Positions 1 to 11,754 of a stretch of DNA of 34,133 nt are shown here, piece after piece. The DNA is from Octopus bimaculoides (Eukaryota), in NCBI RefSeq assembly GCF_001194135.2, contig NC_069009.1, positions 8,431,682 through 8,465,814 on the forward strand, written 5' to 3'. A program made the translations under genes and the position numbers. Within the stretch, counting starts at the first letter, position 1, and every line of letters starts with the position of its first letter. The notes beneath the pieces are model-generated. The model was not told the DNA's origin, did no database searches, and saw nothing but the letters and a program-made list of their open reading frames with translations.

Positions 1-38
1 GGTATAGGCGGTCTACATCGTTATTGATGTGAAAGTTG

Positions 39-77
39 TGTATGTATGTATGTATGTATGTATGTATGTATGTATGT
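39..77. repeat. (TATG)n microsatellite, the 3' tail of the adjacent R4-like copy
   Basis: Direct tandem TATG units. Confidence 0.95.
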
Positions 78-597
78 GCAGATTTGTATGTTTTGCCTTA
101 TGCATGTATTCTCATGTATATAGTTGCATATCTAGACATGTTCCTATATATTTAAATGATAAACTTCTGGAAAGTTTTATAGATTTTTACAGTTCCGGAA
201 ATGGATTGGATCTGTAGTCTTCCAATTAGCTTTCTCCTTTCTGGCTTTGAGAAGCCTAATTTCTCAAGATTGGTATTTAGGCAGTGTGTTACATATCCCA
301 GTGTCCCAATAATTACAGGTATAAACCTGAACTTGTAATCTGGATAGATTAACTGCAGATTTCTCACTAGTTCAGCATAGGTGTTCTCTTTTTAACTAAT
401 CTTCAGCTTTATGTTAACATCCACTGGGCAACTAATTTCCAAAACTTTACACAGTTTCTCTTCTCTATCCCAAATCATTATATCAGGTCAGTTGTGCTTA
501 CATTTTATTGAGGTCTTCACTTGGACAGTCCACCAATATTCACCATACTCCGGGTTCTTATTTCTTTATCCTTGGGGTTATCCTTCCGACGGATTGT
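78..597 (-). mobile_element. 5'-truncated R4/Dong-like non-LTR retroelement (RLE domain plus 3' UTR), copy A
   Basis: Minus-strand translation EYWWTVQVKTSIKCKHN*PDIMIWDREEKLCKVLEISCPVDVNIKLKIS*KENTYAELVRNLQLIYPDYKFRFIPVIIGTLG...KTFQKFII* matches the PD..E..D..K RLE signature and R4-type C-terminus. (TATG)n lies on both sides. Confidence 0.8.
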
Positions 598-900
598 GTA
601 TGTATGTATGTATGTATGTATGTATGTATGTGTGTATGTATGTATGTATGTACGTACATATGTATGTCCGTATACACATATGTATATGTATACATATACG
701 TATGTATGTATGTGTATACTTATATTAGTGTATAGATGTGTGGGTGTTTGCGTCTAGATATGCATGTGTAAATTAAGCGTCTATATGCATGTGTGTACGC
801 ACACATGACTATTAACGTTTGCACGTATGTGTGCATTGCAGGCATGTAATGTTTGTGTTGGTATGTGTACATATGTTTGTGTGCATATATGTATGCATGT
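598..900. repeat. Compound (TATG)n/(TA)n/(TG)n microsatellite, decaying rightwards
   Basis: Seen directly. Confidence 0.9.
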
Positions 901-989
901 TTCTTTTAATCTTTTAATTATTAGAATTCGTGCGACAAGGAAAGATCTCGTTTCAACGAAAAAACAAAAGTTCCTTCACTGAAACTTAG

Positions 990-1062
990 AGGTATAAACC
1001 TGAACTTGTAATCTGGATAGAGTAACTGTAGATTTCTCAATAGTTCAATTTGGTATTTTCTT
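990..1062 (-). mobile_element. Short R4-like fragment (copy F)
   Basis: ggtataaacctgaacttgtaatctggatag is identical to 319-348 of copy A. It abuts TATG/TG repeats on its 5' side. Confidence 0.75.
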
Positions 1063-1072
1063 TGTATGTATG

Positions 1073-1107
<35 letters not shown>
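1063..1107. repeat. (TATG)/(TG)n microsatellite running into an assembly gap
   Basis: Seen directly. Confidence 0.95.
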
Positions 1108-1649
1108 NNNNNNNNNNNNNNNNNNNNNNNNNNNNNNNNNNNNNNNNNNNNNNNNNNNNNNNNNNNNNNNNNNNNNNNNNNNNNNNNNNNNNNNNNNNNN
1201 NNNNNNNNNNNNNNNNNNNNNNNNNNNNNNNNNNNNNNNNNNNNNNNNNNNNNNNNNNNNNNNNNNNNNNNNNNNNNNNNNNNNNNNNNNNNNNNNNNNN
1301 NNNNNNNNNNNNNNNNNNNNNNNNNNNNNNNNNNNNNNNNNNNNNNNNNNNNNNNNNNNNNNNNNNNNNNNNNNNNNNNNNNNNNNNNNNNNNNNNNNNN
1401 NNNNNNNNNNNNNNNNNNNNNNNNNNNNNNNNNNNNNNNNNNNNNNNNNNNNNNNNNNNGATGATTGTGAAAAAGAAATCAGTCACAAATGGATGGTGGA
1501 GCTGACATTATATTGGATTTTAAAAAAAAAGACGTCAAACCTCTGGATGCACAACTACTGAAGGTGGTCGCCCCAGGACATCTAGCAATTGACGTTAACA
1601 ATCAATTACCGGCAGCCATGTGTGAGTAGCGAACACATCAGATAACAAT

Positions 1650-1675
1650 TGTTAATTCTGCCAGCTCGTTGCTGC
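1650..1675 (-). mobile_element. Possible head fragment of the SINE family seen at 4358-4536
   Basis: Shares the 14-mer attctgccagctcg with the head of the 4358-4536 SINE. The rest does not align by eye. Confidence 0.3.
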
Positions 1676-2024
1676 TGAGGTGTGGTTATAAGTGTTTAAA
1701 AGAACCCTGTTTATAATATGGGAGTTAAATTACTGACGCCTGTTGGTTGTTGAAAATAATTTTCTTCAGAAGTATGAATGTGAAAAAGAGACATATTACC
1801 TACTGTGAAAACGACAATATCTGCGCAGTCTTTAGATATTTGAGGTTTCCATTCTCTACCCATCCCTCACTCTCTTCATGCACTCTTGCAAACATCAGTA
1901 CACAAGACATTTCCTCGCTCACTTCTACTCACCTGATACCTTGAGGAACCAGCCTGAGACTTTCATCACCCGTATTTTATCTCTCCACCTCTACCTCAGC
2001 TATTCCCACCCGCTTTTTAATATG

Positions 2025-2870
2025 GCGCTGTCGTCGGCGAACACAGATCTATGACCGACCTTATGTATGCCGACGACAGCGCCATCTTCGCCGCCAATGA
2101 CACCGGAGCTACGGATATCTTGTAAAACATTGCCCGCTTCACTCGGCCTTATAGCCTCAGAATCAACGCGGACAAGACGAAAGATGGCTTACCAGCCATT
2201 GTGCATCTTGATGCCATTCAGATTGAGCAGGTCTGGAAGTTCAAATATCTCAGCTCACTGGCATCAACAACAGAGATCAATTGTTGAATCGAGCCTGCGA
2301 GTTCTGCAATCACATCCCTTTGATGGGATGTCTAGAAGAAACCTAACATCTCCCTAAGGGCCAAGATCCGTCTTTTCCACAAGCTGGTTCTGCCTGTCCT
2401 CGTCTACAGCGCTGAGACCGGGGCTATCTTCAAACAGGACCTGAACAAGCTCAAGGTGTTCCAAATGTGGCGTCTTCATCAGATCCTTGGTGTCTCTCTG
2501 CATGACCGAATATCAAACACCATCCGAGAACAATACCAGCAGCAGCAGCCAACCAATGAAGACCAAGTCCAGCAACGCAGGCTACAGTGGTTTGGCCATA
2601 TCTGCAGGGTGAGCACCGGAACACTACCACACCAACTTTTGTGGCAACAGTGACTCACTCACTGGAGAATCCAATGCAGCGCACCAAAAAAGATTTGGGT
2701 GAAATAAATTGAGGAAGACTTGAAGTCGCAGCGTCTCGACCTCAAGCATGCTAAGCCTTAGCGTCTTGGATTGGAAAGCATGGAATAGCATCATCACCAG
2801 AGTCCGACATTCAGTGGCACTCACAGCAGCATATTGGCTGAGAGGAGAGCCACTCCGGTCACCAGCTTGG
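2025..2870 (+). mobile_element. Decayed RTE-clade LINE, RT C-terminal half
   Basis: Frame from 2051: MTDLMYADDSAIF...LRINADKTK...FKYLSS...KIRLFHKLVLPVLVYSAET...RLQWFGHICR. YADD is at 2066-2077 and there are several in-frame stops. Confidence 0.9.
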
Positions 2871-3254
2871 GATTTTACTAACTTTTCTTACTTTATTTCT
2901 CTAGTATGAGTAGCCATTTAACACCGCTACCGTAAGAAACTGTTCTGTTCTGCTCCTTTCACTTAGGTATTAGATGGCTGCATATAGCTGTTTAGCGTCT
3001 ATATAGAGAAGATTCTAATGAATATACTCACTGTTCTCAGCTTGAATCTGCTTACCAGCCGACGTTGATAATCGACAAGAAAATGAATTACTGTTTTCTT
3101 CTGGTGATCTGGCGTTATAGGGGAATAGCACAACCATCGTAACAATATTGCGTAACATACCTTAACATCTCATCTCTTAGCACAAAGTTGCCTCTACTGT
3201 AGACTATCTCAGTCAAAGGGAATCTGAGTCTTGCTAGCTGCATGGTGACGTCAC

Positions 3255-3432
3255 TAGTGCTGGCACCACGAAAAAGTATCCGGTAAAAGTTTAAATTGGT
3301 TGGCGTTAGGAAGGGCATCCAACCATGCCAAAGCAGACATTAATGCATGATGCAGTTGTCGGACACATCGGACATTGTTAAACCATCCAACCCATGCCAG
3401 CATAGAAACTGGACGTTAAGATATGATGATGT
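3255..3432 (+). mobile_element. SINE family C, 3' part (ggttggcgttaggaagggcatcc ... ggacgttaa(gat)n)
   Basis: Aligns with the reverse complement of 27770-27964 and has an internal deletion. Confidence 0.75.
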
Positions 3433-3604
3433 GCAGAGCAAGGTTAGGTTAGAGAGAAGAAATAAAATCCAAACTAACTTTCAAGCAAAAGTTGGTGAAT
3501 AAATGCAGGAACCATGCCAATATTTGAGTTTTTATGTTTTTAAATTTTCAGCGATTTTATGCCAGGCTGGTAAATAATTTTTAAAATCTTTTTATTGTTG
3601 AAGT

Positions 3605-3985
3605 GATTGGACTGCGGCCATGCTGGATCACTGCATTGAAGAGTATAGTCGAATACATCAAACTCAGTACTTACACTTAAGTCTGGTACTTATCCTATCG
3701 GCATCTTTTGCCGAACCGCTAAGCTATGGGGGATGTATGCAAACCAACATCGGTTGTTATTCGGTAGAGGAACAAACACAAATACGGTGATATTAACGCA
3801 CATACACACACATAGACATATATACATATATACACGAAAGGCTTCAACGCAGTTTCCGTCTACCAAATTCACTCACAAGGCATTGGTCGGCACAGGGCTG
3901 TAGTAGAAGACACTTACCTAAGGTGCGCTGTTAAAGACTGAACTTGAAACCATATGATTGCAAAGTGAGCCTCTTATCAACACCA
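3605..3985 (-). mobile_element. Bipartite tRNA-head SINE (family B), diverged full-length copy
   Basis: Colinear with the 21373-21767 copy: 3' part, internal microsatellite, then 5' head. Confidence 0.85.
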
Positions 3986-4357
3986 CCTGTATATGTATCT
4001 ATATGTAAATCCCGGTATTAGAACTCAGTACACATATGCTTCGGCATGTAGCGAATACAGAGCGTGGCATGAAATTTAAATGAATTACAAAGGAACAGAT
4101 GCTTTCCCAAATAAAGTTGCATTTCATTTTTTAAACTCCAAAGAAGTTATAAGCTGATGCACAAGCACTCAGCTGTGAGTGTACTGAATTTTATAGCAGA
4201 AACTGTTGTAAGCTAATGAACTTCATTGCATAATCTCTTGTTCTTCTGCTATTTACTGATTTTCATACCACGTTCTGTACTCGAATAACGCTTTATTCTG
4301 AAGCATATCGAGTTCTAACACAAGGTTATTTGTATCGCTATGTCCAAGCGAAATATT

Positions 4358-4536
4358 GCTTTCAATTTTGCCACAACGACAGCAAGTTTGGGGGTGGGGG
4401 TAAGTCGATTACCCCGAAAGAAGGAATGGCAAAATCGACATCAACGCAATTTGAACTGAGAACGCGAAGACGGATGAAATTCCGCTAAGCATTTTGCCCG
4501 GCGGGCTAACGATTCTGCCAGCTCGCCGCCTTACCT
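4358..4536 (-). mobile_element. SINE family M (Meta-domain-like), internally deleted, with 12-bp TSD
   Basis: Minus strand reads aaggcggcgagctggcagaatcgttagc...gttcaaatt...ctttcggggt. The direct repeat aagcgaaatatt at 4346-4357 and 4537-4548 flanks it. The Meta-domain assignment is from recall. Confidence 0.75.
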
Positions 4537-4590
4537 AAGCGAAATATTAAAATACAAAATCTGTCCGCCAGAAGAGTTCCAACAATTAGT

Positions 4591-4760
4591 TCACACACAC
4601 ACACTACGGGTTTCTTTCAGTTCCTGTCTACCAACCCCACTCACAGGGCTTTGGTCTGTCTGAGGCCATAGTAGAAGACACTTGGCCAAGGTGCCACGTA
4701 GTGGAACTGAACACAGAACCATGTGATTGGGAAGCAAACTTCTGGCCACACAGCCACTCC
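4591..4760 (-). mobile_element. SINE family B, 5' half only
   Basis: Head ggagtggctgtgtgg through to the internal (TG)n, then stops. Confidence 0.9.
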
Positions 4761-4799
4761 TGTCGCTTAAATTATAAATTACATAATGATTTATGCTTT

Positions 4800-4910
4800 A
4801 AGCTCAAGTCTAATAATCTTGTGGGGGAAGAGGACAAATTGATAACATGATCCCGGCACTATTGCAAGTTCAGTTTAGCTATCTGAGATGCTGAAAGACA
4901 AAGCTGCATG
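4800..4910 (-). mobile_element. Very decayed SINE family M 3' part
   Basis: Loose similarity by eye (ctttgtctttcagcatc...gtgccgggatc...cttccccacaag). Confidence 0.35.
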
Positions 4911-5084
4911 AAAATAAAAAACGAACATGATATATTACTCATTTTTAACTACAAAATGCGGGGGTGGCATTACATTTGAGATTGATTTGCATTCGAGAAA
5001 AGTCGGCAGATCGAAGCTGCCTTAAGCTTTCTCATAAAATAAATTGTCTCGAATATATTGCTATATAAGCAATGACTTGTTCGG

Positions 5085-5312
5085 TATCACTAGTGGGAGA
5101 TGGCTGCAGATTTGCCAGGGTGCTAAAAATTCCTCTCCATAATATTTACAAACTAGATTTTGTCTTCTGATGTGAAAACGGGAAATCTAATTGAGTTGAC
5201 GGTCTCCCGTGAAGATATTATGGACGCTGCTCGGACTCGAAAGGTCGACCGGTATGAACGAGGAATGTGAAGACTCAGGCTAGAAAGCAGAGCATTATCC
5301 AAATGAAGTTAA
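5085..5312 (+). mobile_element. HERO/NeSL-like RLE endonuclease remnant
   Basis: Frameshifted peptides WEMAADLPG, KLDFVF, LIELTVSREDIMDAARTRKVDRYE and ECEDSG*KAEHYPNEV match the HERO-type pattern DW..ADL..RPDIV..IELTVPWE..A..RK..Y..C...GW..PVEVG. Confidence 0.6.
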
Positions 5313-5314
5313 AT

Positions 5315-5481
5315 TCTTTTTTCTTTTACTTGTTTCAGTCTTAAAGGATTATAGTCGAAGAAATCAGCCCCAGAACTTATTCTTCGTAAGCCTAGTACTT
5401 ATTCTATCGGTCTCTTTTTCCGAACCGCTAAGTTATGGATATCAGCATCAGTTGTCAAGCTATGGCGACACACACACACAC

Positions 5482-5530
<49 letters not shown>

Positions 5531-5686
5531 CAATGGGTTTCTTTCAGCTTCCTTCTACCAAATCCACTTAAAGGCATTGGTCGGCTCGAAGCTATAATAG
5601 AAGACACTTTTCCAAGGTGCTACGCAGAGGGACTGAACCTAGAACCATGTGGTTAAGAAGAGAGCTTCTTACCACACATGCACGCC
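5315..5686 (-). mobile_element. SINE family B, full-length copy
   Basis: Colinear with other copies, with an internal (CA)n(TA)n tract. Confidence 0.9.
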
Positions 5687-6159
5687 TGCCTTGGAAACCG
5701 TATTAATTGTTGCCAGGTGAACATAAGGCAAATACTATCATGAGAGATATCCGAAGGCAAACCACTGGGTGTGGTTTAACAGAGATGATGATAAGCAATG
5801 GCTAGAAGGATATCGAGTGAAACCTAGTAGTCAAGCGACCTAGCAAGTGGGGCCTCATGTCAGTGAGGGGAGCTAGTGCGCAATAATACGTCGAAAGGAA
5901 GACCCCGAAATGGTTAGCATTTTCCTCTGATGACACCATAAGCCTGTTGGTGTTGGAAACTTTCAACTGGTAACAATTGTATCTGGTAAGTTGCTTGTTC
6001 GAATAAAATTTATGAAGTTTTGGAGTAATAAGGCGTAGTACCTGATCTGACGGAGCATCGTTTAGAGTGGACAGGAGAGTCCCGTGGTTGTAAGGTCGTA
6101 TATAGTCACCCGAAGGGTAAAAGTACAACGTTTGAGGGGGAAATCCTAAGAAAGGAATA

Positions 6160-8220
6160 CAGGCATACCTCGTTTTACGTAACCCCGATTTGCAAAACCT
6201 CATCTTTATGAATTGTAGATGAAAAACGAAAAAAACTGGTTACCATGGCAACGAGCGTCACTTCCGGTTTGGCAGCACTTGTTACCTCGAGCGAACGCCT
6301 GCAACTGCTTTTTGGATTTCAGGTGTGTCGGTGCCTGCCCGACTTCCTTCACGTTAGACCGCATCCTATCTTCCTTCATTCCACTCATTTTAAAAATTCT
6401 TTACGCATCTTTATTTTTTTTTTAATAATCTTGTGATGACTTCAAAAAGAAAGAATTCCGAGATGCAAAACAAGGATAAGAAGAAACGTAAAGCAATTAC
6501 TTTAGAAATAAAATACGAATTGATTAAACAACAGGAAAAAGGTGCAACATTTTTGTCAAAAATGGCTCCTTCATCTGTTTGTAACATCTTGAAGTAAAAG
6601 GAAGATTATTTAGATAAAGTTTAAAGGAAGTCACTCTCTAAATTCAACTTGGTTACAAAGAAAAGATAATGAAAGTTTAATTTCACGCGCAGAAAAACTT
6701 TTGACAGCTTGGATTAACAATCAAATTCATAGACTTCATATGCCACATAGTCAGGCTATAATTTGCAGTAAAGCAATTTCCCTTTTTAACTTGCAGATGA
6801 GTCAAATGAAACATTTGTAGTGAGTAATGGCTGGTTCGATCGTTTCAAAAAACGAGCAAATCTACACAATGTGAAGCTCCAAGGAGAATCGTCTGGCGCA
6901 GATCAAAAAGCAGCAGAAACTTTTCCTCGCCAACTTAGAAGATTTGGTTGAAGAAGAAGGCTTTATACCGTCTCAAATATTTAATGTGGATGAGACGGGC
7001 CTATTTTGGAAACGAATGCCTTCAAGGACTCTTATTGCGAGAGAAGAATCTTCAATGCCAGGATTCAAAGCTGCAAAAGATAGGATAATATTGCTTCCGG
7101 GTGGAAATTGTGAAGGGGACTGCACACTCAAGCCCATGCTTATTTATCGATCTGAAAACCTCCGTGCTTTAAAAGGAATTGATAAGATGAAACTTCCTGT
7201 AATCTGTAACAAAAAAGCTTAGGTGACAGGAACTCTATCTGAAGATTGGTTTTCTAATCACTTTGTTCTCAGAGTAGAAAAAATATTGTAAGGATAAAAA
7301 AAATTCCTTTCACGATTCGTTTGAATGCCTGCAGTCATGCTTCATTTTAAAGCCAGGCCATCAAAATATTAATGTTGTTCTTTACCTTCCAATACAACAT
7401 TCATCGTTTAAATCTTACAATCTTCGTTTCACCTTTGAAAGATTCAACGAAGTGGCTGATAAAGAAAATGGTCCTATGATTCAAGAATTTTGGAAGAGTT
7501 TCAACATCCTTGATGCAATAAAATTGATGAAGAAAGCCTGGGATAAAATTGTCGTAAAAAATATGAAAGGAATTTGGAAAAATCTCTGCCCCAAATTAAT
7601 TGATGATTTTGAAGGATTTGATAATCTTCGTGAAGGTCTTCAAAAAGAAGCTGACATGATCCATAAATATTGCAAAGGAACTGAACTTTGAAATTCTACC
7701 TGAAGAAGCTGACAGTGATGAAATCACAAATGACGACTTGCTAGAAATGGAAGAAGAAGAAGAAGAAGAAGAAGAAGAAGAAGAAGAAGAAGAAGAAGAA
7801 GAAGAAGAAGAAGAAGAAGAAGAAGAAGAAGAAGAAGAAGAAGAAGAAGAAGAAGAAGAAGAAGAAGAAGAAGAAGAAGAAGAAGAAGAAGAAGAAGAAG
7901 AAGAAGAAGAAGAAGAAGAAGCTAAATGCAGCATTTCTTCCCATCGAGAAAGCAATTGAAATGTTTGAGCAGCAAGATGCCGATTTTGAAAGCAGCTCAA
8001 TTGTTGCTGCAGATTTAATGAGAGGTCGTGCTTGTTACCGAGAAATCTATCGTGAAATGAAGAAGAAATCTTTTCAACAAGCAGCTTTAGATCATTTTTT
8101 AACGAAGAAAATTAATGCGGACCAAACATTAAATCAAGAAGAAACTCAATGAATGGAACTGACATGCGCTCAAGAGGCCCCAGTGACGGCAGACCTGACG
8201 GATACGAATTAAATTTCATG
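6160..8220 (+). mobile_element. Tigger/pogo DNA transposon, decayed; right TIR not found
   Basis: TA followed by CAGGCATACCTCGTTTTA left TIR at 6158-6177. The transposase starts near 6436 (MTSKRK...KRKAITLEIKYELIK), contains FNVDETGLFWKRMPSRT and ends AALDHFLTKK...* at 8152. Many frameshifts. Confidence 0.9.
7750..7920. repeat. Perfect (GAA)57 inside the Tigger transposase acidic region
   Basis: 171 bp of uninterrupted GAA. Confidence 0.97.
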
Positions 8221-8254
8221 AGATGAATTTTGGGGTTTTATATGTTTTTTTTTT

Positions 8255-8497
8255 TCATTCTGTACTCTTTTTTATTATTTGTTTCAGTCATTTGACTACG
8301 GCCATGCTGGAGCACCGCCTTTAGTCGAACAAATTGACCCCGGGACTTATTCTTTGTAAGCCTAGTACTTATTCTATCGGTGTCTTTTGCCGAACAGCTA
8401 GATTACTGGGACGTAAACACACCAGCATCGGTTGTCAAGCGATGGTGGGGGGACAAACACAGACACACACACACACANNNNNNNNNNNNNNNNNNNN

Positions 8498-8532
<35 letters not shown>

Positions 8533-8690
8533 TACAACAGGGTTCCTTCAATTTCCGTCTACCAAATCCACTCACAAAGCTTTGGTCGGCCCGAGGCTAT
8601 AGTAGAAGACACTTGCCCCAAAGTGTCACGCAGTGGGACTGAACCTGGAACCATGTGGTTGCTAGGCAAGCAGCTTATCACACAGCCACT
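8255..8690 (-). mobile_element. SINE family B spanning a 20-N gap
   Basis: The 3' part is at about 8255-8477 and the 5' head at 8498-8690. Confidence 0.9.
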
Positions 8691-9262
8691 AGTGATGGCG
8701 ACGTTATGCCTCCATTCATCTTCTCACACAGCCTCACACTCAACACAGTGGCCTACATCAAGTGCCTGAAGGAGGTAGTGCTACTCTGGGTCAAGAGGAT
8801 GGCTGCTGGAAGACCCTATGTCTCGCAACAGGACTCTGCACCATGCCATACAAGCAGGAGAACCCAGTCAGACAACTTCTGCGATCACATCACCCCTAAC
8901 ATCTCGCCACCTAACTCAACAGACTGCAGCCCCCTCGATTATTATGTTTGGGGCACAGTTGAATGAGAGACCAACAAAACTCCTTGTAACACCAAAGGTG
9001 AACTAAAGGTATGGATTATGACAGCATTGACCAACTTAAACAAGGAGACCATCCAGAAGAGTTGCAGGAGATTCCGAAGTCATCTGGAGGCCATAGTTCT
9101 GGAAGTCATCTGGAGGCCATAATGGCGATTCTATTGAATAAATTTGCTCTTTAGTATTTCAAGATATTTTTAGGTAATTTTAGCAAATATCTGTTAAAAT
9201 GAGATGTCAGTGTTATTTTCATTTTTTCGTAATTTAGACGACTGCTTATTCACCATACCCTG
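8691..9262 (+). mobile_element. maT/DD37D-type Tc1-mariner, 3' half with right TIR
   Basis: SDGDVMPPFIF...QQDSAPCH...PPNSTDCSPLDYYVWGTVE. Ends ...ccataccctg followed by TA. The 5' half is missing. Confidence 0.85.
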
Positions 9263-10060
9263 TACNNNNNNNNNNNNNNNNNNNNNNNNNNNNNNNNNNN
9301 NNNNNNNNNNNNNNNNNNNNNNNNNNNNNNNNNNNNNNNNNNNNNNNNNNNNNNNNNNNNNNNNNNNNNNNNNNNNNNNNNNNNNNNNNNNNNNNNNNNN
9401 NNNNNNNNNNNNNNNNNNNNNNNNNNNNNNNNNNNNNNNNNNNNNNNNNNNNNNNNNNNNNNNNNNNNNNNNNNNNNNNNNNNNNNNNNNNNNNNNNNNN
9501 NNNNNNNNNNNNNNNNNNNNNNNNNNNNNNNNNNNNNNNNNNNNNNNNNNNNNNNNNNNNNNNNNNNNNNNNNNNNNNNNNNNNNNNNNNNNNNNNNNNN
9601 NNNNNNNNNNNNNNNNNNNNNNNNNNNNNNNNNNNNNNNNNNNNNNNNNNNNNNNNNNNNNNNNNNNNNNNNNNNNNNNNNNNNNNNNNNNNNNNNNNNN
9701 NNNNNNNNNNNNNNNNNNNNNNNNNNNNNNNNNNNNNNNNNNNNNNNNNNNNNNNNNNNNNNNNNNNNNNNNNNNNNNNNNNNNNNNNNNNNNNNNNNNN
9801 NNNNNNNNNNNNNNNNNNNNNNNNNNNNNNNNNNNNNNNNNNNNNNNNNNNNNNNNNNNNNNNNNNNNNNNNNNNNNNNNNNNNNNNNNNNNNNNNNNNN
9901 NNNNNNNNNNNNNNNNNNNNNNNNNNNNNNNNNNNNNNNNNNNNNNNNNNNNNNNNNNNNNNNNNNNNNNNNNNNNNNNNNNNNNNNNNNNNNNNNNNNN
10001 NNNNNNNNNNTTGAGTCACCTTGACGAAAACTCTCCGTGCCTTTTATATATATATACACA

Positions 10061-11306
10061 CAGGGTACGTAAGATATTTGAGGCCAGATTTATGTTTATA
10101 AAAATACGGAGATATAATAACAGATTATAACTTTATTTATCAAAAAATGCAATGAGGATAAAAATAAACCTTTTTTTCTGTAATCTTATTCAATAAAGCC
10201 ACCTTCAATTTCAACAACAACTTCTATATGAGATCTAAATCATCTCCATGCTTGAATCAAGTAGTTCTGGTTCATTTGGGACATTACTCTGACTATGGCA
10301 GCTTTCATGGAATCTTTAATGTTACGGGCGTGTTCATTGACCTCTCTCTCAACAACGCTCCACACGTAATAGTCCAATAGATTGAGATCTGGTGAATTAG
10401 GAGGTCAAATGTTAGGGGTTATGTGATCATGAAAAATTTCAGGCATCGATTCCTGTGTTACTAGAGTCAATTGTGACAGTGCAGAGTCTTACTGAAACAC
10501 ATATGGCCTTCCATTGCATACACTGTCGATCCAAGGCGTAACAATTATTTCAAGGACTTCAATGTAGGCAGCAGAATTAACTCTAAGGCATTGTGGAAAG
10601 AGGTAAGGAGGCATCACATGTCCTTCATTACTGACAACCCCTAAAACCATGACAGTTGCAGGAAATTTCGTATGCATAACTTCAGAAGGGTCTGCATATA
10701 ACTATCTGTCATTTCTTCTTTTAACTTTTTGATCTTGGTCAAAGTTTTTCTCGTTTGAGCAAAACCAAATCAAATCTTCTTTTGCTGGATTTTTCAGTTT
10801 GTTTAAGAGCCTTTTAGTTCTGATGTAGTGATTTTCTTTTGCCTTTTCTGACAAATTGACCTTTCTTCATCATATAAGACTTATATCTGATGTCTTCATG
10901 GACAACATTTCTCGCTATTCCTTCTGACACTTGGAGATTTTTTTGCAATTGACCTCATGGACTTTCTGGGATTGTAATCAATGGTCTGTTGAATTTGTTG
11001 GATACATTCAGGTGTTCTGATGATTTCAGAGCATTTAGAATGCTTTTTATGCTTTGATACTGGTGATATGTTTCCATCTTCAGTCTCTGACTCCATACAA
11101 ACTTTGTAGATGAAAGATCTGGCAACTTTTAAAAATCGAGATATTTCTAAATCGCTATGCTCAGCCTTTATAACCACAATAACAGCAAACCCCTTCATTT
11201 CTTGAGTCAGCTGAGGGTCTGCCATTATTATTTTCTGAAACAAAGATTATTCAGAGTTAGCAAATGACCCCAAAATGGTATGTCCTCGATTACCTTACGC
11301 TCCCTG
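10061..11306 (-). mobile_element. Full-length decayed DD37D (maT) transposon, 1246 bp
   Basis: About 28-bp TIRs: cagggtacgtaagatatttgaggcca at 10061 versus the reverse complement cagggagcgtaaggtaatcgaggaca ending at 11306 followed by TA. There are 37 residues between D(SA) and (LL)D(YYVW). Stops and frameshifts are present. Confidence 0.9.
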
Positions 11307-11601
11307 TATATATTGTTTTATTCTTTTATTTNNNNNNNNNNNNNNNNNNNNNNNNNNNNNNNNNNNNNNNNNNNNNNNNNNNNNNNNNNNNNNNNNNNNN
11401 NNNNNNNNNNNNNNNNNNNNNNNNNNNNNNNNNNNNNNNNNNNNNNNNNNNNNNNNNNNNNNNNNNNNNNNNNNNNNNNNNNNNNNNNNNNNNNNNNNNN
11501 NNNNNNNNNNNNNNNNNNNNNNNNNNNNNNNNNNNNNNNNNNNNNNNNNNNNNNNNNNNNNNNNNNNNNNNNNNNNNNNNNNNNNNNNNNNNNNNNNNNN
11601 N

Positions 11602-11754
11602 CACAGACACACAAACATATACACACATATATGTATGTGAATGTGATATATATACGACGGGCTTCTTTCAGTTTCCGTCTACCAAATCCACTCACAAGGA
11701 CTGAACCCGGAACCATGTGGTCGGTAAGCAAGCTACTTACCATACAGCCATGCC
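11602..11754 (-). mobile_element. SINE family B, 5' half with internal deletion
   Basis: cacaagg joins directly to actgaaccc, so the gcccaaggtgcc segment is absent. Confidence 0.85.

Noticed and set aside
5920-5975. Hammerhead at CTGATGA 5927-5933
   Set aside because: Three extra bases lie between the stem and GAAAC, and no stem I complement follows an NUH site.
7596-8000. Poly-Glu, poly-Ser and poly-Phe ORFs as host proteins
   Set aside because: All derive from the (GAA)57 tract within a dead Tigger.
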